The position numbers were made by a program, and so were the translations under genes. The notes beneath the pieces were generated by a model. The model did no database searches and had not been told where the DNA came from. It saw only the letters and a list, made by a program, of their open reading frames with translations. From contig JBBQUR010000032.1 of the NCBI GenBank assembly GCA_038212275.1, positions 1 through 30,101 on the forward strand: a DNA stretch of 30,101 nucleotides. Direction: 5' to 3'. Shown here one piece after another: positions 1-9,766 of the stretch. Position 1 is the stretch's first letter. The number at the start of each line of letters is the position of its first letter. The DNA comes from Planctomycetota bacterium. Its GTDB lineage: Bacteria; Planctomycetota; B15-G4.

Positions 1-194
1 CGTTCTGATCATTGAGTGCTGAGCATTCCGCACCTGAGCATCACGCGCCGAGCACCGCAATCTCCCCATCCCCGCTCAAGCGATGCCTGACCGCATGCCG
101 AGTCCATCACCATCTCAGTGCGGAAAATGCGTTCCCCCAAAAAGCCCACGCGTGCGGCGCAGCGAAGCGCCCGCCGGGACCTGCCCCCCTCGCA

Positions 195-342
195 TGGCAC
201 GGAGCCCCGTGCCTCGGCGTGTGTGCGCGGGACGGGAGGTTTGTCCGGCGCGAAGGGCGCCGCTCCCGGAACCATGACGAGTCCTTCCGCCCCACGGGCG
301 CAGCGCCGGACAATCCTCCCGCCCCGCGCACTCCCCGTGCCA
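195..342. repeat. Long imperfect inverted repeat (REP/MITE-like or structured RNA)
   Basis: Arms 223-251 (gtgcgcgggacgggaggtttgtccggcgc) and 303-331 are reverse complements at 27/29 positions. An outer tggcacgg(195-202)/ccgtgcca(335-342) pair extends the stem. Intergenic, downstream of the TraB-like gene. Confidence 0.75.
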
Positions 343-418
343 CGCGACTCCCGCCCATCTCGCCCCCAGGGGCAGCTCCCGGCCAAGCGAAGCCGCGCCC
401 CAAGCGCGCCGCCCCCTC

Positions 419-1549
419 TCAGTACCTCCAGGCCGGAATCCAATACGTCCTGAGATACCGCATGCCGCGCTCCGCCTGGAGCTTGGCGCACATGTCCGGG
501 AGATGTCCCGCGCCGTAGAAGATGCCGATGCGCTGCGGCCCGTCGGGCTTGTCGAGTTCGGCTTCGACCTCGTCGATCACGACGCGGTTGCGCAGCTCGA
601 TGAGCACGACCTTCAGGCCTTCGGCGCCGGCGCGCTGGAAGATCGTGTCGGGGTCGGCCATGAGCGGCGCGATCGTCGCGCGGTAGGGGCGGCCGATGAG
701 CTCGCTGCGCGGAATGCTGTTCGGGTCCACGAGCTTGAAGATCGTGCCGAAGACCGCGCGGAACATCTGCTCGTTGGGCATGATCTTCAGCTGACGGGCG
801 TCGAGTTCCTGCTGGAGTTCGTTGACGCTCATGTCGCAGTTGCGCCAGAAGGCGCGCTTGTAGTCCACCTCCTGCAGCTGGAAGTCCAGATTGAGGATGT
901 TCTTCAGCATCACCTGGGTCTTGAACAGGACGTCGAAGCGTTCCAGCGCTTCCTCCGTCGGCGCTTCCTTGCTGCCGACGCCTTCCCAGAGCACGAGGTC
1001 CATGGAATCCAGCACGGACTGCAGCGCATCGAAGCAGTCCGCATGCGCGATGTGCACGGCCCCGACGAGGTAGACGCGGCGGCCGGTGACGGGGTCTTCG
1101 AGCAGGCCCACGCCGACGTCCAGCGAACCGCTGCCGTCCTCGCGCACCGTGGATCGCACGAAGTTGCGCGGCGGCTCCTCGTCGTCGGCGTCGGGAACGT
1201 GGCGCCACAGGATGGTCGGGTCGACGAAGGGGCCGGTGCCTTCGATCGCGCGGACGTTGATGCGGGCCAGCGACTGCTCGTCTCCGTCGCTGTCCTTCCA
1301 TGCGAGGATGCCGTCGTTCACGGCCGACACGCTTGCGTCGAGCACCGCACCGCTCTTGAGCACGATCGCGTCCGGCGGTGGTGTCGTGGCGCAGCCCGGC
1401 GCGGAGAGCAGCATCGCGGCGAGACAGGCCGCGCCGGCAGCAAGCGTGGCGAAGCCGAGCGTCGCGACGAGGGCGCGTCGGATGCGGCCGTGCGGCACGG
1501 GTTCGGTGGTCGAGGGAAGGCGCGGCTCGGTCGGTGCGACGTGGGTCAT
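419..1549 (-). CDS. TraB/GumN (Tiki-superfamily)-like protein, probable lipoprotein, 376 aa
   Basis: Coding part of ORF 419..2950 from ATG 1549. Hydrophobic N-terminus ending in LLSAPGC. Motifs YLVGAVHIA, VLWEG, ELRN and FYGAGHL match the H/E/RN/GxxH pattern of TraB/GumN proteins. Confidence 0.65.
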   Translation of the reverse strand: MTHVAPTEPRLPSTTEPVPHGRIRRALVATLGFATLAAGAACLAAMLLSAPGCATTPPPDAIVLKSGAVLDASVSAVNDGILAWKDSDGDEQSLARINVRAIEGTGPFVDPTILWRHVPDADDEEPPRNFVRSTVREDGSGSLDVGVGLLEDPVTGRRVYLVGAVHIAHADCFDALQSVLDSMDLVLWEGVGSKEAPTEEALERFDVLFKTQVMLKNILNLDFQLQEVDYKRAFWRNCDMSVNELQQELDARQLKIMPNEQMFRAVFGTIFKLVDPNSIPRSELIGRPYRATIAPLMADPDTIFQRAGAEGLKVVLIELRNRVVIDEVEAELDKPDGPQRIGIFYGAGHLPDMCAKLQAERGMRYLRTYWIPAWRY

Positions 1550-1591
1550 GAGCGCCACGATAACGCGGGGCGCGGCCGCTACCATGCGGCA
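1550..1591. promoter_or_regulatory. Back-to-back -10-like boxes for divergent, probably leaderless transcripts
   Basis: + strand TACCAT at 1580-1585, 6 nt before the aroA GTG. - strand TATCGT at 1562-1557, 7 nt before ATG 1549. No Shine-Dalgarno on either side. Confidence 0.45.
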
Positions 1592-3085
1592 GTGGACAAG
1601 GATCGAAGCACGCCGCTGCCGCACGAGGCGCCGCACGAGCCGCCGCCCGCCGGGCCCTTCGTCGGCTCGGTGCGCGTGCCGGGCGACAAGTCGTGCACGC
1701 AGCGCGCGCTGCTGCTGGGCGCAGTGGCCGAGGGGACGACGGAGGTCGTCGGCGCGCTGGCCGCCCTCGACACCCTGGCGACCGCCGCGATCGTCGCGCA
1801 GCTCGGCGCCGGCGTGTGGTGGGGCGCCGACGTGCGCCAGGATGCCGGCGCGCGCCAGAATGTAGGCGTGCGCCAGAGTGCAGGCGTGCGCCAGAATGCA
1901 GGCGTGCGCCCGGATGCCGGTGCGCCGCGGGAGACTGGCGCGCTGCAGGCCGCTGGTGCGCTGAGGGACACCGGAGCGTCCGTCGGCACGGGGCGGCTGT
2001 CCATCAGGGGCGTCGAGTCGCTCAGATCGGATGGACGGATCCTCGACTGCGCCAATGCGGGCACCGCGGCGCGGCTGCTCATGGGCCTGCTCGCCGGTCA
2101 TCCGGGCCGCTGGATTCTCGATGGCGACGCCTCGTTGCGCCGCCGCCCGATGGGGCGCGTGGCCGCGCCGCTGCGCGCCATGGGAGCCGAGGTCTCCGGA
2201 GATCGGCTGCCGCTCACGGTCGTCGGCGCCGCGGCCCCGCGCGCGCTGCTGACCGGCATGCGGCTCATCGTCAGCGTGCCTTCGGCGCAGGTGAAGAGCG
2301 CGCTGCTGCTCGCCGGCCTGCGCGCCGAGGGGCCGACCACCGTCGTGCAGCACGTCGCGACCCGCGATCACACCGAGCGCATGCTGAGGCGCTTCGGCAT
2401 CCGCGTCGACGTCGAGCCCGGTGAGATCACCGTGCATCCCGGCCGGCCGCGTGCGACGGCCCTGGACATTCCGGGAGATCCGAGTTCCGCGGCCTTCCTG
2501 CTCGTGGCCGCGCTGCTGACGCCCGGCAGCGACGTGTGGGTCACCGACGTCGGCTTGTGGCCGCGGCGCACCGGCTTCCTGCGCGCGCTGCAGCGCGCCG
2601 GTGCGGACTGCATGGTGCTGCGTCGCGACGACGCGGCGGACGGCGGCGATCCGCGCGGCGACGTGCGCGCCGGCAGCTCGGCCTTGCAGGCCTTCGACAT
2701 CGCGCCGGAAGACGTGCCCGACCTGGTGGACGAGATCCCGATCCTCGCGCTGGCCGCCGCGCGCGCGCGCGGCACGAGCCGGTTTGCAGGGCTCGCGGAA
2801 CTGGCGCTCAAGGAGTCCGACCGCATCGCGGCCATCGCGGAGCTGCTCGACGCCTTCGGCGTGCCGGTGGAAGCGGGAGCGGACAGTCTTGCGATCACCG
2901 GCGTGCCCGCCCTGCGCAGGCCGTCGCGCGAGCTGCGCTTCGACGATCACCGGCTGGCGCTCACGGCGGCGGTCGCGTGCGCTTCGGCGGGCTTCGCGCT
3001 GCCGTCGCTGCAGGCTGCCGACGTGTCGTTCCCCGGATTCGCGGACACGCTGCGCGCCTTGCGCTCCGGCGACTCAGCGCAGTGA
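1592..3085 (+). CDS. aroA: 3-phosphoshikimate 1-carboxyvinyltransferase (EPSP synthase) with a repeat insertion
   Basis: Motifs PGDKS, NAGTAARL, GDASLRRRPM, SAQVKSA, RDHTERML, PGDPSSAAF, KESDR, DHR, SFPGF. Start placed at GTG 1592 (uncertain). Confidence 0.93.
   Translation: MDKDRSTPLPHEAPHEPPPAGPFVGSVRVPGDKSCTQRALLLGAVAEGTTEVVGALAALDTLATAAIVAQLGAGVWWGADVRQDAGARQNVGVRQSAGVRQNAGVRPDAGAPRETGALQAAGALRDTGASVGTGRLSIRGVESLRSDGRILDCANAGTAARLLMGLLAGHPGRWILDGDASLRRRPMGRVAAPLRAMGAEVSGDRLPLTVVGAAAPRALLTGMRLIVSVPSAQVKSALLLAGLRAEGPTTVVQHVATRDHTERMLRRFGIRVDVEPGEITVHPGRPRATALDIPGDPSSAAFLLVAALLTPGSDVWVTDVGLWPRRTGFLRALQRAGADCMVLRRDDAADGGDPRGDVRAGSSALQAFDIAPEDVPDLVDEIPILALAAARARGTSRFAGLAELALKESDRIAAIAELLDAFGVPVEAGADSLAITGVPALRRPSRELRFDDHRLALTAAVACASAGFALPSLQAADVSFPGFADTLRALRSGDSAQ
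1829..1990 (+). repeat. In-frame 18-bp tandem repeat (about 9 decaying units) inside aroA
   Basis: Core ggcgtgcgccagaatgca. Encodes DVRQDA GARQNV GVRQSA GVRQNA GVRPDA GAPRET GALQAA GALRDT GASVGT. Confidence 0.85.
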
Positions 3086-4192
3086 CGGCCACCACGGTGC
3101 GAGCGTCGCGCGCGCCCGGCGAGCGATCTGCTGCGCATCGGCGGAGGGTGCCGCGTCGAGGGCGGCGATCGCGTCGCGAGCTGCGGCCTCCTCGCCACGC
3201 GGAGTCGTCGCTGCGGTCATCGCAAGCAGCGCGGCGCGTACGCCTGCCGTCACGCCGGCCGGGTCGTAGCCGCCTTCCAGCACGCAGGCGAGCCGGCCGG
3301 GGCAATGCGCGTCGGCCCAGCTCCGGAACAGCGAGAAAAGCGCCGAAAAACCGCGCTCCGTGACGGCCATGTCGCCGACGGGGTCGCCGTGCCACGTGTC
3401 GAAACCCGCGGACACCAGGATGAGGTCGGGCTGCCAGGCGCGCACCACCGGCGACACGACCTGCTCGTAGACGTGAAGCAGTTCCGCGTCGCCGGTCCCC
3501 ATGGGCAGCGGCAGGTTGATGCTGAAGCCTGCGCCGCGACCGCTGCCCGTCTCGTCGTACCAGCCGGTGCCTGGATAGAAGGGATAGCGGTGGCTGCTCA
3601 CGTAGAGCACCTCGTCGCTTGTCTCGAAGCGGTGCTGCGTGCCGTTGCCGTGGTGGATGTCCGGGTCGAGCACCAGGATGCGGCGGCACTCCAGGGCGCG
3701 CAGCGCGTGCGCCGCGGCGATCGCGACGTTGTTGAACAGGCAGAAGCCCATCGCACGCCCGGACTCCGCGTGGTGGCCCGGCGGGCGCACGAGGGCGAAG
3801 GCGCCGCGGGCTTCGCCGGCGCAGACGGCCTCCGTGGCCGCGAGCGCCGCGCCGGCCGCAAGGCGCGCCACCACCCACGAATCGGCGCAGGTGGCCGTGT
3901 CCGCATCGAGGCGCGTCGCGGCGCGCTCGGCGGTGGCCTCCACGGTGTCGACGTGGCTGGCGTGATGCACCGCGAGCAACTCGGCGCGCGTGGCGGGGCG
4001 CGGCGCAAGCACGACCGTGCCCGCGACAGGACGCGCCGCGAGATCGTCCATCACCGCGCGCAGGCGCGCCGCATTTTCCGGGTGTCCGGGGCCCGCGTCG
4101 TGCAGCAGGAAGCGTTCGTCGCGCAGGATCAGCGCCGGTGCGGTGGCGCGGGGTGCGGAGGCGCGGTCTGCGGTGGTGCGGGACGTGTTCAC
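3074..4192 (-). CDS. Zn-dependent histone deacetylase family protein (AcuC/AphA-like)
   Basis: Motifs HPE, RPPGHHA, GFCLFNN, DxHHGNGT, PFYPGTG, SAGFD, LEGGY. 3' end overlaps aroA by 12 bp. Confidence 0.93.
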   Translation of the reverse strand: MNTSRTTADRASAPRATAPALILRDERFLLHDAGPGHPENAARLRAVMDDLAARPVAGTVVLAPRPATRAELLAVHHASHVDTVEATAERAATRLDADTATCADSWVVARLAAGAALAATEAVCAGEARGAFALVRPPGHHAESGRAMGFCLFNNVAIAAAHALRALECRRILVLDPDIHHGNGTQHRFETSDEVLYVSSHRYPFYPGTGWYDETGSGRGAGFSINLPLPMGTGDAELLHVYEQVVSPVVRAWQPDLILVSAGFDTWHGDPVGDMAVTERGFSALFSLFRSWADAHCPGRLACVLEGGYDPAGVTAGVRAALLAMTAATTPRGEEAAARDAIAALDAAPSADAQQIARRARATLAPWWPSLR

Positions 4193-4247
4193 GGGAGGCG
4201 GGAGGCGGGAGGCTGGAGGCGGCGGTTGGCGGCGGTTGGCGGCTGGC
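4193..4247. repeat. Short intergenic tandem repeats
   Basis: (gggaggc)x3, tggaggc, then (ggcggttggc)x2, directly upstream of the HDAC start. Confidence 0.7.
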
Positions 4248-4275
4248 GTGCCGGCGTGATGGCGCGCTGGCGCGA

Positions 4276-5337
4276 CTACTCCGCGGGCTCGAAGCCGGCG
4301 GTGCCGAGCTTCCAGAAGCCGCTGAAGCTGTCGAGCACCACGCGCTCGCCGTCGCTCCAGAGGATGCCGCTGCTCGCGCGGTGGCCGCCCGGGTTGAGCG
4401 CGACGACGCAGCCTTCGAGTTCGCTCTGCGTGAGGAATTTCTCCAGATCGTTCACGGGGAAGGCCGTCAGTCCTTCGCCGGCATCCTCGATGAATTCGGT
4501 GGCGGCGGCTTCGCTCGTGAAGAGCACGCCGTGCGGCACCGCGTCCTGCTCCTCGCCGCTGGTGATGACGATGGGCGCGCCGAACTCCGGCCCCGCGGAA
4601 TACAGCCGCCCGTCCGGGGGCCAGCCGACGACCGGCTGCCGTCCGACGGCCGCCACCAGGCGCGCGTCGCAGGCCTCGGTGTTGTCGATGAACTCGATGG
4701 CTTCCTCGCCGTCGTACGCGGCCCAGGCATCGGTCGCGTCGAGGATCTCCATGTTCACCTTGTCGCCGGAGGTGGACTTGCCGATGCGCAGGAACTGCAG
4801 ATCCTGCTGATCATCCACGCAGAAGAAGACGGGCTGTTCGGCGTTCCAGACGGCGCCGGAGTAGCCCTCGCGCACGAGGTGCGTGAAGAACATCGCGAGG
4901 TTCTCGACGGGCACCAGGCCTTCCTCGCCGGCCAGCGCCACGGCGTCCGCTCGCGATGCATGGCAGAAGGCGGCGAATCCCATCGGCAGCGAGACCTCCA
5001 GCGTGCCGATGAAGCTGTCGTCCTTCATCGCGGCCCAGGCGACGGGCGCCGGCGCGCGCCGGCTTGCGCGGTAGTCGTCGATGAGCTTCGTCACCGTCTC
5101 GCGCCGGGCCTCGTGGCGCGCATCCGGAATGCGCAGCTCGTCGGCGGTCCAGCGCGCGACCGGCTGCCATTCACCCTGCGTGCCCCAGCGCAGCGGCGTC
5201 ATCTCCTGGTTGCGCGGAAACTCCGTGTCCATCGGCCGCGCGAGCAGGATCACGGCACGGGTCGCGGCGTTGTAGCCGCCCTCGACCAGCAGGTATTCGC
5301 GGTCGTCGTGCCGCACGAGGGTTCCGGGCTGTTTCAT
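4276..5337 (-). CDS. Hypothetical protein, 353 aa, with two SseB-N-like internal repeats
   Basis: Coding part of ORF 4276..5856 from ATG 5337. Strong GC3 codon bias, acidic globular composition. C-terminal VLFTS...LNPGG pattern. Confidence 0.75.
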   Translation of the reverse strand: MKQPGTLVRHDDREYLLVEGGYNAATRAVILLARPMDTEFPRNQEMTPLRWGTQGEWQPVARWTADELRIPDARHEARRETVTKLIDDYRASRRAPAPVAWAAMKDDSFIGTLEVSLPMGFAAFCHASRADAVALAGEEGLVPVENLAMFFTHLVREGYSGAVWNAEQPVFFCVDDQQDLQFLRIGKSTSGDKVNMEILDATDAWAAYDGEEAIEFIDNTEACDARLVAAVGRQPVVGWPPDGRLYSAGPEFGAPIVITSGEEQDAVPHGVLFTSEAAATEFIEDAGEGLTAFPVNDLEKFLTQSELEGCVVALNPGGHRASSGILWSDGERVVLDSFSGFWKLGTAGFEPAE

Positions 5338-5483
5338 GGGGCTGCATCCTTCAGGGCGCGCTGGAAGTCGCGCCTGCATTGCGCGCGGGTGAAGACGAAC
5401 TTGATCAGGTGGAAGGGTAGCGAAAGCAGGTCGCTCACGAGCCACCACACGATGCGGGCGGCCTGGCTGCGTGACGACGTCAT
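5334..5483 (-). CDS. Small hypothetical protein, 49 aa (MTSSRSQAARIVWWLVSDLLSLPFHLIKFVFTRAQCRRDFQRALKDAAP)
   Basis: Absent from the supplied ORF track. Its ATG directly follows the upstream TAA (TAAATG) and its TGA overlaps the next ATG (ATGA). It fills the gap exactly and has a hydrophobic core. Confidence 0.7.
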   Translation of the reverse strand: MTSSRSQAARIVWWLVSDLLSLPFHLIKFVFTRAQCRRDFQRALKDAAP

Positions 5484-6932
5484 TTACAGATCCTTCGCAC
5501 AGCGGAAGCCGATCGGGCGGGTGTAGCGCTCCGACGCGAAGGCGTCGTGACCCGGCGCCGTCCAGCGATAGCGCGTGAACAACTCCTCGCGCCGGCTCGT
5601 GTAGCCTCCGCCGCGCACGACCACGTTGAGCAGGCCGTCGGGCAGCGTGACGAAGTCCTTGCCGTCTTCCAGCGTGGTGGTCCACTCCCACGCATTGCCC
5701 GCCATGTCGAAGCAACCCGCGGGCGAGACGCCTTGCGGAAAGCTCTCGACGGGAAGCGTGGTGTCGCTGACGCCGTCGCCGTTGGCGTAGCCGGGGTGAT
5801 ACTCGTTGCCCCACGGATACGCGAAGCCGTTGATCCCGCTCGCTGCGGCTTCCCATTCATCCTCGGTGGGGAGGCGCTTGCCTGCCCAACCTGCATACGC
5901 GGCGGCCTGCTCGAAGTTCACGTGGATCACCGGGTGGTCGCGCAGGTTGGGGTCCACGACGGCCAGCTGCTGCTCGTCGAGCTTCCAGCCGCGCGGCAGG
6001 GCCGCAGTGCGCTGCGGAGGGGGCAGCGCATTGACGTAGAGCTCGTACTGCCCCTGCGTGACCTCGTGGCGGTCCAGCGCGAAGACCTTCAGCGTGACCC
6101 GGTGGGCGGGACGCTCCCAGCCCGTGTTGGCGCCCAGTTCGTAGTTGCCGCCGGGGACGACGACCATGCCCGCCGGCGCCACCTCGCCGCGCGAACCGTA
6201 GCGCTCGGGATGCCTCAGCCTGTCCACCGCAAGCCCGGCCGCTTCGTACGCGACGGTGGCGCGCTGCAGCTCGATCGCCGCGGGAAGTTGCGCGTGGAAG
6301 GACTGATTCCAGAACTCGTACCAGGAGAGGTCCTTCGGAAACAGGTCGCGCAGCGTGCCGAGCATCTGAACCTCGGTGATGCCGTCGAGCGATTCGCGCG
6401 TCGAGAGCGTGTCCGCCATCCGTTCCGCGATCCACGCACACAGCCGATCGTCGACGGGCGTGGCGTGGGTGGCAGGCTCGGCGAAGGCGTCGTTCAGGAT
6501 CTGGCGACGCGTGCCGCGCAGCACGGCTCGGCCCCTGGCGGCCTCCGCGGCGAGGCGGGTCTTCGCGGTCGGCAGGCTGTCCATGAGGGCAAGGACGAGG
6601 GCGTGCTGATGGGCGGCGGCCTCGGGGCCGGTGGTCAGTGCGGTGTAGTCGTCGGCGAGCTCGGTGACCATTGCCTCGAGCGTGTTGTAGGCGGTCTCCT
6701 TCGCGCGGCGCGCCTCGGCCAGCGTGGTCTGCGCCGCGGCCAGCGCCGGCGAGATGTCCTCCCCCGGTGGTTGGGCCCCGCCGCTCCGGGACATGGCCGG
6801 ATCGTCCGGCGACTGCTGAGCAACGGTCGGCGGCGCGGCAAAGGCGCAGGCCGCGGCGAGCAGCGCGGCCCGCGCGAGGCGGCGCGTGGCGCACCCCGGA
6901 AAGGCCCTCGTGTTCGTCTGCCCTGTGATCAT
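5484..6932 (-). CDS. Secreted protein with helical N-region and C-terminal FGE-sulfatase (SUMF1/EgtB/PvdO-type) domain
   Basis: Signal-like RRLARAALLAAACAFAAPPTVA. Motifs MVVVPGG, EVT, HPV, RLPTEDEWE, YPWG, DMAGNAWEW, RGG, GFRC. Start at ATG 6932 is uncertain. Confidence 0.85.
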   Translation of the reverse strand: MITGQTNTRAFPGCATRRLARAALLAAACAFAAPPTVAQQSPDDPAMSRSGGAQPPGEDISPALAAAQTTLAEARRAKETAYNTLEAMVTELADDYTALTTGPEAAAHQHALVLALMDSLPTAKTRLAAEAARGRAVLRGTRRQILNDAFAEPATHATPVDDRLCAWIAERMADTLSTRESLDGITEVQMLGTLRDLFPKDLSWYEFWNQSFHAQLPAAIELQRATVAYEAAGLAVDRLRHPERYGSRGEVAPAGMVVVPGGNYELGANTGWERPAHRVTLKVFALDRHEVTQGQYELYVNALPPPQRTAALPRGWKLDEQQLAVVDPNLRDHPVIHVNFEQAAAYAGWAGKRLPTEDEWEAAASGINGFAYPWGNEYHPGYANGDGVSDTTLPVESFPQGVSPAGCFDMAGNAWEWTTTLEDGKDFVTLPDGLLNVVVRGGGYTSRREELFTRYRWTAPGHDAFASERYTRPIGFRCAKDL

Positions 6933-6960
6933 GATGAGGACCGTGGTTTCACCGGAAAGA

Positions 6961-9450
<2,490 letters not shown>

Positions 9451-9679
9451 GCGCGGCAAGGCCCCGGCGCCGGTGACGTCCTGGCCGCCGGCACGCTGCA
9501 CGCCGCGGACGAAGTGATCGCCAGCGGAACGATCATCGTGCTGCCCGAGCACTTCGGTCTCGTCACCGCGAAGGCCAGCCTGCTGCCGCACGGACCTGGA
9601 CGCTCGCCAGAGACTCGCCAGCCAGCGCGCCGGCAACATCGCCAACAGCAGCAGGTGCTGATCGTTATCATGCCCGCCC

Positions 9680-9685
9680 TAGAAT
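9680..9685 (+). promoter_or_regulatory. Putative -10 box (TAGAAT) for the moxR-bat operon
   Basis: TAGAAT about 80 bp upstream of moxR in otherwise GC-rich DNA. RBS GGAGG at 9755-9759. No clear -35. Confidence 0.4.
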
Positions 9686-9766
9686 CCCGCCATCGCGGGA
9701 CGGCAAGACGCTGCGAGCCGGCCTGCCGGCTGCAGTTGCTCCGAAGGCGGGCGTGGAGGTGAGTCA

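Noticed and set aside
1..60. Possible minus-strand gene start at 12 and loose tgagcat-like heptamers
   Set aside because: Only four codons are visible and the repeats are too degenerate to support a call.
1829..1990. Repeat arrays as CRISPR
   Set aside because: Units are contiguous with no spacers, lie in frame inside genes, and no cas genes are present.
5484..5640. FGE-type C-terminus as a diversity-generating retroelement target
   Set aside because: No template repeat copy or reverse transcriptase in the window.
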